A stretch of 124,000 nt of DNA. Source: Octopus vulgaris. Taxonomy: Eukaryota. The notes beneath the pieces were generated by a model that worked only from the letters and a program-made list of their open reading frames with translations, did no database searches and was not told the DNA's origin. The stretch is taken from assembly GCA_951406725.2 (NCBI GenBank), contig OX597817.1:117944001-118068000 (forward strand), given 5' to 3'. This document shows, in pieces, positions 27,806-43,251 of this stretch. The position numbers and the translations under genes are program-made. Positions within the stretch are counted from its first letter, which is position 1. Each line of letters opens with the position of its first letter.

Positions 27806-30800
27806 GATACATAGATACATAGATACATTTATATATATATAGTGATTTGATAATCGATATCGTTAGAATAAGCACCATACTTTAAAAAATAAGTACTTCG
27901 ATTTTGTCGACTAAGCCCTTCAAGGTTCCGCGCGAGGATGACTGTGTTCCAATGACGAAAACAAGTAATGTATAAACGACAAAAGACACCAAGCCTATAT
28001 GGCATGTTGTTTATTTACCAGCTACCAATTATGTATATTTTTCTAGTATGTCCATATATTGAAGTAGTGTTGCCGTGTTCAAATTTAATTAGTTACCACA
28101 AGTCTTCGGTTATAAAGATGCAATCGTTATTTTCATATAATATTTTATTAATAACATAATCATAAATTATTATTTATGGCATATTTGCTTTGTAAATAAT
28201 ACTATTATTCTTTTAAATTCTTCTTATTACACTGATTCTTTGTAGCGTTTATATTGATGCCAACTCAGAAAATTACTAAGAATTCTAAAAATGTTAAAAG
28301 TATTTTTTGCTGCTGTCTCATTTATAATTATGTGATATTTCCCATTATATTTGCATACCGTTTTACAATATATTGTATGCCATTTTAATTATATTTAGTA
28401 TAGAAAATAATGCATAATATTTAAGATATTTATTTACCAAATCAAACAATTTATTTGAATTCCTACTCTAATATATATAACTATAACGATTGTAATCGCA
28501 TAAGATTTTACTCTTTTCCATTCTCAGACACTTGTACGTACTAATATTATATTTTATGAGCATTTCAGTTGCATACAAATCTAAAATCAATATTATCACA
28601 CCAATACGAAAGCATGTATGCGCATCTGCCTGTACGCGTGTCTTTGTATGTGTGTATGTGCATGTGTATTCATGAACGTATGATTTTGTCCACTTCCTTA
28701 TTTTTCTATACAATTTTCCCTAAAAACGGTAAGCCCTATGGGGGAAATTTAGATAACAATTATGATTTGGATAACTATTAATATATTCAATTTTAGCGAA
28801 ACTCTTACATAAAGAGCAAATCCGTTTCGCTTAAACAGTGAAGCTACAGGAAAGAGATGTTATGTGACTGATAGTTGTAATGTAGTTGTAATACGGGAAA
28901 GAAAATAATAGGCAGTGCTGAAACATTGTCAGTTTGTGACGTTCGAGTGATATGATTAAAATCGTAATATTCTAGTCTTCGTAGGCACAGAACTTGAACT
29001 CACATATCAATTCTAAACTTTACACATTGGTTCTTACGAATATCATTCATAAATATCTAGTTTTTCTGGATCAATATCATACATTGCGGCCGTTATTATT
29101 TTACTTTATGTTTCATTTAGACAATATTTTCAATTATTTTTGCTATTCACTCTTAATTCATAAATGATTTTTATCTATACATATCTATTGCTCGTACATA
29201 TTGATGCGTATCTTGCTAGTAGATTTGTTACTAACCTAAGCATGCTTTTAAAATAGTACACCCTATGGAAAATATTAGGATTACAGCTTCGGATAGAGAC
29301 TAATGTAGTCTTCGATCATGCTGCGCGTGAAATAAACTTCTCTGGGAGTGTTTAACAAATTGTTTGAAAATAGATATATAGAAAAATTTTCTTCAGTGGC
29401 CACTTGATAAATACAATAAGAATCGAAACACATGGATAATAAAACATCTAAAGGATCTCAATTTGCACATAAGCATCTTCACGAAATCATAATTCAAATT
29501 TGCCCATTTAATACGCATAAAGTTTATGAGTATTTCCAACATTACGTTTGTAGATATATACATATTTGTATGGGGATTTGTTTCAACTTATATATTTATA
29601 ATAAGGGGAAAATGTATCAAAGTAAAGTCCTAAAAGATAACAAGTCCAGAGGTAGAAGATTACATACAAATATGCTTAGAATATTAGTGATGAAAACAAT
29701 GGAATCAGGATATATAAATTGTTATGAATTCTAGTGAGATACGTAGAATCTATTTGTAGATTGAAACAGAATGTATGAATTAGAGGAAAATAATTATTTA
29801 TAACTAGCAATGAATCATGGCGTTGCCCGAGTGTTATGACCTACACGTATATTGTATTATTTGCTCCTTTTTTATGGGCAGAATCGGTACAGCTGTTATT
29901 GTTTGTTTAAAAGTGAAGGGCGAGGGTACAATTTGCATGAAAATGCTTTTTGTTCTTAAGAAGTATCAGAAACTATGTATTGTTCCATCGTATAAAAGGG
30001 GGTTAATACGACATTATCCAGAAATCACGTTTCCAATATTTTAATTTCCCCCCAATCCCCACCGCAATTTCTTAGTTTGTAACTTTTTTCTATTTTTTTC
30101 CTTACTAGGTATAAAAATAACGAGATTACGAATCTGGGGAATATATATATATATGTATATATATACATATTTTAAAGTTTAATTTTTCTTGAAGAAAAAC
30201 TCAATGCTCCTTCCTCCACCTCGCCAACCAATCACCTATCAGCTTTCCAAAAAGCTAAAATCTCCCAATCTTGCACTTTCGGCTGATGTTTCCTGCGTGC
30301 GTAGAATTCTACTGAAATAGGAGACTTAAAAAATACCAGACGAATACCATAAAACCACCCGACATGCTAGAAACAACAGACATTATTTCTGAAGAAACTT
30401 CCCCGTTTTCCAAAAAGCTAAAAGTGAAACATTGGGAGTGTGTAGCTTTTCGAAAGTGGTAGGTGATGGGTAAAATTCTTAAAGGTTCGTACTCTCTGGT
30501 TTTTTTCTCCATGGATAACTAAGGATAAAAATTTGAAAGCAGTCAAAAATTAATTGGGTGCGGAAAACGCATTTTGTCGGTGAACTCCTAATCGCCTGTA
30601 TCGCAAACATAGGAATCGGAAGAAATTTAGGAAAAGAAATAAGGGGTGGGGACGGAAATGTCCCCTGGGACATTCTAGAAAGAAGACATAAAGGACAGGA
30701 TTTCTAGGAAAACTTCCTTGTTAGTTTATATCAGTTTTTTAAATACGCTCATCAAAAACACAAATTACACGATAGAAAAAGATAATTTCAGTTGGATTTG

Positions 30801-31859
30801 AGCCGTAAATTTACGCGTGCACGCTGCAAGAAATAGAATAATTCGCACAGAAGCTTCACCTGGAGTGTGTGTATTCCAAAGGAAGTTATTTTATGGTATT
30901 CTTTCTCAAAGTTGTCAACTCGATATATATGGAATCATATGATTTATCGTTAATTTCCGTAATTTTCTTTAATTTGTGTATGCGTTGAAGACAGCAGAAA
31001 TTGGAAGAGGGGATAAAGTGAAAAGGCCGCATTTGCTTTGAAGTGACAAGAGAAAATAAGAGAGATGATAAAGCATAAGATGTACATGTATATGAAATGG
31101 ATGTGTGTGTGTGTGTGAGAGAGACAGAGAGAGAGAGAGAGAGTGAGGGAAGGCATGTGTTGTAATATATGAAGTATTTTTATGTATGTGTATGTGGCAC
31201 TCACTCGCTCTCGCTTCCCTCTTTCACACACACGTTATATTTCTCATACACGTAAATAGCGGAGGTAAAGAACACGGACATCACCCGATTTCGGCGAAAC
31301 CGTAACATAAACACCGGGAGTTCGTATTCTTTACCTTCACCCATAAATGCATATGCATACATCTTTTTTGTGCTTGAGAGAGAGGGAGAGACAGTGAGTG
31401 TATTTCGTCATGAAATATAGAAAATTCGATGTCTGTTAATGCAATTGTTTTTGGTTGTGGTTTATTTTAATGCAGTCTTTATGTGTCCATTTTCATAAAT
31501 GTTTGAGACATCGGACGACAGTGAAACATTAGAAGCAAATCGAAATATTGTCCGAATATGACCTCAAAACTGTGCGACCCTAACCAAGTTGCCGAGGTTA
31601 TTTTAGATGTAAAAAATTGTTGCGTCAAAAAAATTATTTGTTAGATAGATAATAAGCAGCTTTCTTTATTATAATACACATGTGACTAATTTGGAGAAAC
31701 ATTAATTTCATTATTCTCACATCGTCACTCTCGTAATGTAACACTGTAATCTTGGTTCAAATTGAAAGTGAAACTATTTTCATTTTCTAATGAATTCTGG
31801 TCGTTGTAAAGAAGTCTATTTGAAATAACTATAGTTGGCTGTTGAGATAACGTAGAAGA

Positions 31860-32160
31860 CATGTAAATGAAATTAAAGTTTGAAATATGTAATTGATTTA
31901 ATTGTTCTGGTCTTAACATCAGTTGGTAAGAATAGAAGTTATTTGACGACACCTTTTTTTGCTTTTAATTGACACTCCAGTTGACGGTTCAATTCGTAGG
32001 CTATCGAAATGACACCCATTTTGTCTTTTCCATAGAATAAGAGTATACTGGAGAGCATGATAAGAGGGATGAGTTTGTGAAACACATTTAAGGTTGTTAT
32101 CTCGAACACAATGAGAATAACATGATTTTCATGGAGTTCACCAACCATAAAAATGGCTCT
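31860..32160 (-). pseudogene. Ancient Helitron Rep fragment
   Basis: Frameshifted translation MVGELHENHVIL / VRDNNLKCVSQTHPSYHALQYTLILWKRQNGCHF / VSSNNFYSYQLMLR aligns with IHGEQHNSRDIII-SSRGNNLHRISETHRSYDALQYPLLFPYGEDGYHF...VSCRAFYSYRFMVR of the 57-63 kb element. Confidence 0.75.
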
Positions 32161-34196
32161 TTCTTTAGATGTGGGCTCATTAAAAGAGCGTAAAATGCTC
32201 TTTACTATAGTATACTAAAGACGTAAGGAGCGCAGAAACACACACACACATAAAATTGATAATATTCAAAACAGTAAAATGTACACACACTAAATGTAGT
32301 CAATATAGATGCAAAACATACTTTATGTAGCATAGTTATGCTATACAAAAATAGAAAACCACCAGTTTAGAAAAAGTTACTGTGTCACGAACGTAACAAG
32401 GTACAAAAAGTCAACATTTATTTGTGATATGTACTAAAAGTTATAGAATTCAAGATTAAATATCACGGTGAAGAAAGTGAAAGAGCAAGAAAATTCAGAA
32501 GGCATAATTCAATTTTTCATACAAAAATGATTTATCTTACAATTCTGAAACGAACGGTGAACCAATTGCATAGAAAAGAAAGTGTTGCTGTTGTGAACGT
32601 TAATTTAAGATATTTGCTGAAGGATGTACATAGCAAGATATAAATTAATTTGACATTACATTATATTTTTTAACTGTGTAACACTATAGACTGTAGAATA
32701 AATACTGACTAACGCAGTAAGAATGTTCTGCGCCATTCATACTTACAGTGATGCAGAAGCTTTGGAGGAATGTAAAAGTAATCTTTAAACTCTTTTCGAA
32801 TTTGTTATAATAACCAAAATAACACTTTTTCCGGATATATTTGAGAGTATTGTGAGTGCTGTTAAATCAGCAATATCTTTATGTTCGTAGTACTTGAAAG
32901 TTGTTGTTCGTTTAAAATTCTGGCCCCAGCTAAACTTTCAATATAGGTGCGTTTTGGTGTTGGGCAGGAGTTTGTCACATACGTAAACTAAGACACACAG
33001 ACACACACACATACATTAACGCACGCTTGAAGCCTATCTCTGCCCCTGTGTGTGTCAGTCGTCGCAAAAATGTATGTATACTAACAGACGCATTCACTTT
33101 CACATACATATACTTGTTAGTCATCGGCCTAACATACGTAACACTCAAATAGAAAAGGTGACGCCATCGTCGCTACGGTGGTGAAATAAAATGTCGTTTA
33201 CGACAGGTAACTAAAAGAAAAATGACAATGTTAATTTTTTGTTATGCAAATATTTGAATGAAAATATGGTTTAGTTCGCAGCTAAAAACCTACTGTATCT
33301 TTTCATACCCAATACATCAAAATCGACAACTCGGATTTGGAATGCATAAGGAACATATGCGTACACACGCACACAGACAAACTCTCTTTTATAGATATAG
33401 ATAAACAGTGGTCTCTTCTGTATTATACAAATGAGCATAAAGAAATAATGGATAAAAAGTTTCAAAGACAGTATAGTCAGGTAACCTATTGTGATCAGGG
33501 GTGGTTTAAATGGATAAACCAAATAGTGCGACTCTGTGATAGCGTCAGATAAAAATTCACATGTCAAAATGTTACTGGTATGATTTTCCATGTTTTTTTA
33601 AGGCGTACTTTCTCAAACGGCAAAATTTAGTAAATATCACTTGTCTGCTATTCACACTGTTTGCAGATCTGTTAAATTTATCAACTGTGGAGTACTTTTC
33701 AACGAAGTATATCTATAAAAAAGAAGAACGAAAATGCTACATAAAAAAATGCATTTATATGAAATATGTAGAAGACGTTTTCGTAGCATTCCTAGTGGTA
33801 ATTTCGGCTGTTTTCTTCATGGCAAATTAAGTACTGTGGTCAGAATGGTTTTCAAAAAGGAGTGGCCGTAGTAGTCAATTAAGCAGTAGGAGCAATAATA
33901 GTCGTCGTAAAGTTATCTACCCTGAGGTCTTCACAGAAATGGATTTGTCTAATCTCTAATCTTTATTTCTTATGAATAATATACATGTATTTTCAGTGGT
34001 CTGAGCTTAAAGAATTTCAACTCGGTCGATACTTCCTTATGAAATGCACTTCGTTGCTAATGCGTTCATTTTTGGCTGGCACTGTCTTTGAATTTCTAAT
34101 TTGGAAAAGTTGTGAGTTTAGGATATTTATGGATGCACATCTGTCTATGTGTTCGCTGAAAGATATTTTCTTGTATTCCGAAATTCTAAATCTCTC

Positions 34197-34245
<49 letters not shown>

Positions 34246-34258
34246 TACATATATATAT

Positions 34259-34311
<53 letters not shown>

Positions 34312-34412
34312 TACATAAATACATACATACATGCATACATACATACATAAATAGATATATGTGTGTGTATAACTATGTATATGTAATAGTATATATATAT
34401 GCATATTATATA

Positions 34413-34483
<71 letters not shown>

Positions 34484-34904
34484 GTATGCATGTAACTATA
34501 TCGATATATATGTACCTACTTCCATACTAAATATTGGATATTGGATACAGTTTACTTAGATATTTCGTATCTGTTGACCATTTAAAATTTAACAGTATCT
34601 TCGATACTAGAAATTGTCATAACATATCTATAACTTTATATCTTTTATATCCAGCTTTTTTATAAAATTAATTGCATATTTCGAAATACTTGCGTAATAA
34701 ATTATTGTCTGTGTGTGCATCTATATATATATGTGTGTGTGTGTTTGAGTGGGAGTATGTATATACATGGCTGAGTGTTTGCCTGTCTATATATTTGTGC
34801 CTGCATGTGTACATAGGTTTAGCTATATATGCATTTATGTATATACATATGTACGTACGTATGTATGTGTGTATGTATGTCCCAGCTACATGGTTTCGTG
34901 TTTT

Positions 34905-35205
34905 GTCCCACTGTGGGACACCTTGGGCAATCGTCTTTTGGGGCAAGAACTTGTTCAGTGTATCTGGTAGACGGAAACTGGAAGAATCCCGCCATATATA
35001 TCTATATCTATATATATGTTTGTGTGGGTGTGTGTGTGTTTGTTCCTCACCACCGCTTGACAACCTGTGTTGGTGTGTTTACGTCCCCATGACTTAGCTG
35101 TTCCGTAAAGACACCAATAAAATAAGTACTAGGCTTAAAAATTCCTGCGATCCATTTGTTCGACCAATGCCCTTCTACTGGGCCGCAGTCAAATTACTGA
35201 AACAG
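34905..35205 (+). mobile_element. Degraded SINE family A
   Basis: GGACACCTTGGGCAA...GGTAGACGGAAACTG...GTGTTTACGTCCCC...GCAGTCAAATTACTGAAAC. Confidence 0.7.
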
Positions 35206-36325
35206 ATGTTACATAATATACACTTATTTTCTATCATCTTGCTTTCATTATTTTATTTCTTAATAATTTTAGATATATATTATGGATATATGTTTTGGAT
35301 TATTCATACGCTTTACCTAGTCTCTTAGAAGTTGTTGGCCAATTACATCTTAACCCTATTTCAGGTATTAACATTTGTTACAAAGTATCTGTGAGCTGAT
35401 TTCTTTTTATTTTATCCAGCTGTTTTATACCATTAATTATATCTTTCTAAGCACTTTTTGAATAAGTTCATCTCACTACATATCCTTCTGAGAAATTCTC
35501 ATCGCATTTGTTTAATTTATATAATTTTATATACTCCGACTTATTATTGTAATTCTGTTTTTACTTTCTCTTTCATCCTCACCCATTTTAATTTAACTTA
35601 CGCTTTATTTGTATTTTTATTGATATTAATCTCTATATTTCATAAACATATCTGCAAATTTCTCTCTCATTCCGTGAAATTTCATTTTCATTTCTCTCTC
35701 TATCATTAATGTCAGTAGGTTATTAACAACAATCCACCTAACCCCTCTCGCTCCTTCTCTCTTTCATATCGTACATCATCTGCACATTCGCCACCACCAA
35801 CCTTAATGTTCTTTTTAAAATCTTACAAAATCTCTCCCTCCGTTCTTTATAAAATAATCTCTTCCATACATTAAATATTGGAAGATGATCTTATGTATGT
35901 GTTACTGGAGTTGAAAGATTGATGTAACCATGATATTTTGTTGATCAAATGAACAAGACTTCTATATCTGCATTCGTTTGTAAAATGTACAATAGACCTA
36001 TGCTATTTATAACATACGCACAAGTGGAGACACGTAAAAAAATTTATTATACACTAATTTTGCATTGTGCTTGCTGCGAAACGGCCGTCATCCTATGGAT
36101 ATGTACTGGTGAAATAAATATATTCATCTCATATATCCTGACATTTTTTATATTTTATATACACGTCATAACACAATTTCTACTGATTGGGTTTACAGGT
36201 GTTCACTGCACAGGTTTCTACATTACATTCCTACGTATTGATTTACTATGTGGTCTGTAACCTTGTCCACTAAAGGAGCGTTTTTGTGATTACCACTGTA
36301 TTATATAAATCCATATATTGTACAT

Positions 36326-36376
<51 letters not shown>

Positions 36377-38044
36377 GGTGATTCAGCAGTTCAAACTTCC
36401 ATTTGCTAAGTGCATTATTTATTTGTACGCATTTGTGTTGTATGATGTAAAAACGTATCTATTATGAGATTTTTTTTAAATCTTTGAATGGTTGACGGAT
36501 CTTTATAGACTCTCCTCTACAAGTCAACAGGTATCATAATAAAATCTGTACATTATAATCTCAAGTGCTACACGCAAATTCATGAAAGTTTAGGAAATGC
36601 ATAAGAATACAAGACATTAAGAAAAAAATTGAATATATAATCACGTGAAACTTTTTGACATTTTTAACTGAACTCTGCCTGAATAAAAATGACTTATGGT
36701 TCTGTATATTTGACGCCAATATTTGTTTCGTTTTCATAATCTCTCTCTTACGCTCAGGTTTTTTTCTATCCTTTTACACACATTCTCTCTCACAAATGTG
36801 TCTATACTTTCAAGTATTTATGTTTCTGTCTATTTCCAGATATTTTGGCAGTTCTGCTTAATAGCAAATATATCTAGATATAATGTTGTGTTCGATTAAT
36901 CTTCTTTAATTTTAAAGTAATATAAAACTTACGTATTTTCGAATCAATGTTTACATATATGAATACAGTTTTATATATGTTTGTGTGTGCGTGGTTTCGT
37001 GTGATTTTGCTTGCTTTTAGAATTTTGTTATGTTTATATTTGCTTTCCAAACATATATTTGTACCATCCTCGTTATACCATTATATGTGAGAATTCATAA
37101 AGAGAAATAACTTTAGCTAGGAATTAGACATCATTGACAGTCTAGTGAGATTTAAATGCACACAAAAGTAAATTTGGACAACATTACGTTTTATGGGTGA
37201 CTAGAACTGGAGCCACTGGAACAAATAATCAAATTTTCTTTTATTGATATTGATTTTATTTTAATCTTCCAAACCACAAATATTTACACATAAATACGCT
37301 GGTTGTAACTCCAAGTTCAAAGGAATATTGAATTTTTAGTCCTGTATCATAAAAAAATGTTTAACAGAAAGAAATCATTTAAGTAGATTCACAAATATTT
37401 TAAATCAGTAAATTAAATTTTATTTTGGCGATATATACAATGGTTCGTAGTTTCTATTTAGTCCTGGAGATCTGCATTATTTAGGATTGTTCACATATTT
37501 CCGCGTAGTTCTACATTTATATTACTAAGTTTCAGAATTTCCTCCACTTCTGCAATTTTATCGACGTAAAAGTATTCGACTTCACTTCTAGATTTATCTG
37601 CAATATCTTATATACTTCGCAGGTAATACTAAAATCTAAAAACATTTTTAAAATTTAGTATCCATAAAATTTCCTAGATATGGGGAGCGCAAATATAATC
37701 AGATATGTCGGAATTTGATGTTCTTCCATTGTTGTCAGATGCTCGTAAGCAAATAAATGTAAACCTTAACTGCAACGAATATAATAATGGTAAGAAATTT
37801 AGTATACGTTAGAAGAATAAATATATATTTTTTAAGACATCATATGTCGTGTACTTTGTATCCAAAATATGTTTGTCTTAAGAGAAGTAAATTAATTCAC
37901 ATTCATACGCACAACATATAACGTCTCTAAAGTTTTGTTCAAATGACGCATAATTTCAAATTTTCCATCTCATTTCATTGGTGTAGACAGAAATACGCAT
38001 TTATGCATATACAAGTACACACAAATTATATATATATATATATA

Positions 38045-38435
38045 TAGGCGTAGGAGTGGCTGAATACCAACCACATGATTCCGGGTTCAGTCTCACTGCA
38101 TAGCACCTTGGGCAAGTGTATTCTACTATTGCATCGGGCCGACCAAAGCCTTGTGAGTGGATTTGGTAGAGGGAAACTGAAAGAAGCCCGTCATATATAT
38201 ATATATATATATATACGTGTGTGTATATACGTGTGTGTATATGCTTGTGTGTCTGTGTTTGTCCCCCAAACATCGCTTAACAACCGATGGTGGTGTGTTT
38301 ACGTCTCCGTAACTTAGCGGCTCGGCAAAGAGACCGATACAATAGGTACTAGAGTTACAAAGAATAAGTTTTGGGGTATATTTGCTCGACTAAAGGCGGT
38401 GCTCGAGCATGGCCACAGTCAATTGACTGAAACAA
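38045..38435 (+). mobile_element. Full-length SINE family A
   Basis: Same head, core and tail as 24397-24803. Confidence 0.9.
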
Positions 38436-39696
38436 ATATTGCCACACATATAGGCACACACATAAACAAAATGTATATGTGTTTATGTGTCTATGCATTT
38501 GCGTGTGCGTGTATGAGAGCCTGGGTAGAGGGTTGGCTATCGGTTTATGACGATGAGGATGTTGTTGTTCGATTAAACTACCATTGAAATAAAGTATAGA
38601 TACTTGAATGTTTCATACATATACATGTATCGTTCACGTACTCCACGAACAAAGGATGCTTCTCATGTGGGTTGCTGATGTATTTCATTCATACCAATTC
38701 ATCTTCATTACTGGAAATTCTATATACTATTTTAAATATAAAATCTCTTTTCTCTTTCAGATTCGAGAACTCGACTGCATGTTAGTGGATTATGTCGCCG
38801 AAAATCAACGTAGCATACGTCCAAGAAGAGCACGAGGGCACGAGTTAGCAATCCACCATTTCAACATATTCACACAGTATACCTACCACCTGACAATCCT
38901 CGACGTCCTACTTGTGGCTGTCACAAACAACATCTCACTTTCTGCCGCTGTTACATACTAGGTTTTAATATTAAAAGACCGGTCAGTTTCACATAACTGC
39001 TTCCAACTAAACTGATTTCTTACCTCGCCCCAACCCGCCCCGCATTACACCCCCAACGTATTACATCATGCCTAGAAATACATCTCGGAAACTACGTACA
39101 TCTATTCATCTATATAAACTGAACATCGCACACACACGTACACTCTAGTGTGGTTACCACTTGCGGGACTACTAACTTCAGAAACACACGCGCTAACAGA
39201 CATTTTGAGGCAAACAGAACGCCAGCTGATGCCATCAAACAGATCTCTAGATATCACTTGCGCGTCAATTTTCAAGCATCTTTTTTCCACCTCTTTAATT
39301 TTCTCTGTCCTCTGTACTCTGTGTAAGTTTGACCTATTGAGATCAATTTCAATATATGTATACTTAAAAATTCATCAGCTGGAAATCTTCACATTTTGCT
39401 TTCTCACATTTTGCATGTATACATATATACATATTTTGTAATTTATACGCAAACTATGATATTAAATATATTTAATGTGTCCAATTTTTTTAATCCTCAT
39501 AATTGCATAATTGTCTCTATTCCCGCTCAACCTGATCCGTCTTATAGCCTTTCTGTACCTTGTGAATTCGATCCCATATGAAAACATCAATGTTGGAATC
39601 TTCTGAGTACTACGGAGTGTCTCTGACTCTCATCTATTGACTAAATATATGCACACGCACGCGCACACATACATACATACATACAGACACACACAG

Positions 39697-39747
<51 letters not shown>

Positions 39748-39753
<6 letters not shown>

Positions 39754-39915
39754 TTAGATAAAACCACTATTAGGCAAATCAAACAGTGAAAAACATAAAC
39801 CTAAATCTAATAGTGGTTTTATCTCTAATTTAATTTATATTTATACTGTAAAATTAGATTTAATCCTAAATCTAATTTTTTCCTGTAAGTTTGGATTTAC
39901 TCCCTAATATTATTA
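39748..39915. repeat. PLE-tail-like repeat with a short inverted duplication (family also at 86060-86412 and 101620-101670)
   Basis: AATTAAATTAGA(GA)TAAAACCACTATTAGG is followed by its reverse complement CTAATAGTGGTTTTATCTCTAATTTAATT. Confidence 0.6.
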
Positions 39916-39953
39916 TATATATATACATACATACGTACGTACGTACATTCACC

Positions 39954-39989
<36 letters not shown>

Positions 39990-40443
39990 CCGAAGATGAT
40001 ATTTGATAAATTCTTTTGTGTTTATATTTTTAAAAAATGATATTTATCACGTGAAACGTTGTGCGACTTCCGGTTATGTGACTGAATAAAGAGGTACAGT
40101 AAGCATATGCAATCATATTACTTCCAGTGTAGAATCTTTTATTTGAAAGTATGTGCATCACAATATATTTACATCATGCAGGCTTGAATTTCTTTACGTG
40201 CTATGATGTATCTTATTGTATTGTTAAATGATGCCATACAAAATACAGCTTTTCATCGCCCCCCCACACACACACACACACAAACACACACACATATATT
40301 ATTGCATCGTCCTCAACAAAATGTTGATATTCGGAAAGCATTTTCCATGATTTATGCTGGATGAATTTTACGTGCAACTGTACTGGCAATTAACAATTCA
40401 AAATATGAAGGTAAATAATATTTCTGACTATATATATATATAT

Positions 40444-40509
<66 letters not shown>

Positions 40510-41046
40510 AGCAGTCACGATATTTTCAGAAAACCTACAAAATACCGAGTGTACACAATAAAAAATAGAGGGTAAAACAGGTAGACAAAGAAGGACAAAG
40601 AGGCGGATTGATAGAGCTGATGTAGTATATATAATATATACAAAAACGTACACAAATTATAAACAAGAAGGTAGTAATACCGCAGTTGTAAGAAAACAAG
40701 AGAAAATGCGGTAACAAGAAGGAAAAAAAAAGAAAAGAAGAGGGAACGAAAAAAGGAAAACTAAAAACAAATAAAAATTACTCTTAGTAAGAAGCTAACA
40801 TACGGACGTGAGAGCTTCAGGCGCAACACACTTCAATGATAATGCTGTAGAAAGAAAGATTTTCTGAGCATTCCTGTTGGTCAATAAGGTTTTTGACAAT
40901 GCTTGTAGTCCCACTGATCTGCCCACTTAAGCAAACACATTGAGACACACACAACTCTCTTTCTCTTTCTCCTTCTCTTTCCTCTCTCTCTCTCCCACTC
41001 TGTTTCTCTGTCTGCTTGTCTGTCTGTCTGTCTCTGTCTCTCTCTA

Positions 41047-41113
<67 letters not shown>

Positions 41114-41245
41114 ATATTTCGGAATGGTCATATTGCCAGTTTAGCCAATAAAAACACACGCACTATATATTTGGTGTTGTTTTGCTTCAGTGATATTTCA
41201 ACACACGACTTCACATAAAAAATCTTGCACAACAAATATTTAAAC

Positions 41246-41467
<222 letters not shown>

Positions 41468-42558
41468 AGAGAGAGAGAGAGAGGAAGATAGCTAGCTAGT
41501 TCGATAGATGCATGGATAAATGAATAGATAAATATAGATGTGGCTAGCTTATGGGGTAACCCAGTGTTTCACGTCCATAAAGCGCTTAGCTTATTAGCGT
41601 ATGTTCAGACTCTGAACCTGTTGGCCTGATTTGACCAGGTTTAGGGTCTGAGGAAACTGACCATATCTATCTTTATCTATATATCCTCTGCTGCTCTATA
41701 ACTTAGAGTATGCTTCTTTTTCGGATTCAGGATTTACTGACGATCACCAGCGCACTGCTCACATATACACACATACACACACACACACACATATATACAT
41801 GCACATACTCATACACACACACACGGACACACTCACACACACCCGTACACGCAATCACAGACACACACTCGTACACACATGCCCTCCCATACACACATGG
41901 ACACGCGCACGCATATGTATGCTCATGCTCACGCACAGATAGATAGCAATTTATTCAACATTTATCGAGCATAGAAGACGGTTTAGCTGTCTTTGAGAGA
42001 ACCATTATATGGATGAATGTGTGCGTTTGTGAAGAAAACAAAGAGAAAACCAAAACCGCTATCTTATGTATAAAAAAACTGATATAGTCAGTATTTAAAG
42101 CACACACATTTACGTTTAAACACACACACACATACAGATATACACACACTGACACAATCATCTCTGACAGGTTTCAGATGAATCTCAACGCAGGAATATA
42201 AGTTGAAAACATATGGTGGTACAGCGAGACGTGTCACTGGAGATTGCAAAAATGTGATGAAATAATTATTTGACAAATGAAAAAAAACATGACAACACGA
42301 ACAATACTAAACATGTGAAAGATTTAGCTGTTTGAACAAAATGTTTAACATATGGGTTTGTTAAACTAGTAAAAAAAACGGCTGATCGATAAATTGGTTA
42401 ACGGAGTAACTAAACCATTAATTAACAATAACAATAACGGATCGAACCAGTGCGTGTGTTTATTATTACCGGCATAGTGCTCCTCCCAAGGTTCAGTAGC
42501 ATTTCTTTCAACACACGAATTCACATCAATAATCATGCAAACCGAGTACAAATACGAG

Positions 42559-42633
<75 letters not shown>

Positions 42634-42636
<3 letters not shown>

Positions 42637-43119
42637 TAATATTAAGGGATCAGCAAAAGAAATGCATCACCACATACCGAAGTTCAGAAATAGCAGCCAA
42701 AATCTAAGCCATTTCTTCTACTTAAAAAAAGGTCTACTAGAGAAACCATAATACTTGAATCTTATTCATCCAGGCAAAGGGTATCGTAAAGAAAATCAAT
42801 CAATATCCGATTATCCATAGACGCGCGTTTCGGAATTAAGTTTTAAATAAAGAATATCCAAAAATATAAACTTTACTAACCACATTCCTTCTCAGTATGG
42901 ATTTTCTGCAATAATCCGAAGGTACTAAAACATTAGAACGACTCCTACATTGAAGGAGTTTATATTTTTGGATATTCCTTATTTAAAACCTAATTCCGAA
43001 ACGCGCGTCTATGGATAATCGGATATTGATTGATTTTCGTTACGATACCCTTTTGGCTGCTATTTCTGAACTTCGGTATGTGGTGATGCATTTCTTTTGC
43101 TGATCCCTTAATATTAGTA
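42634..43119. repeat. Divergent inverted repeat with a near-perfect hammerhead in the left arm
   Basis: 42634-~42700 plus 42779-42870 mirror 42958-43119; HHR at 42813-42902 on minus. Confidence 0.8.
42813..42902 (-). ncRNA. Type I hammerhead ribozyme motif with one core lesion
   Basis: ATCCATA-CTGAGAA-GGAAT...ATTCC-GAAA-CGCGCG-TC-TATGGAT: 7-bp perfect helix I, 5-bp helix II, palindrome ACGCGCGT, GUC triplet. Confidence 0.75.
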
Positions 43120-43215
43120 TTACTAGAATTTACCGTATAACGGTCCTGTTTTCATACCGAATTCTACTTGGGAAATTTATTGATTACTTCGTAATTAATT
43201 AGTTTTACTCTTAAT

Positions 43216-43250
<35 letters not shown>

Positions 43251-43251
<1 letters not shown>

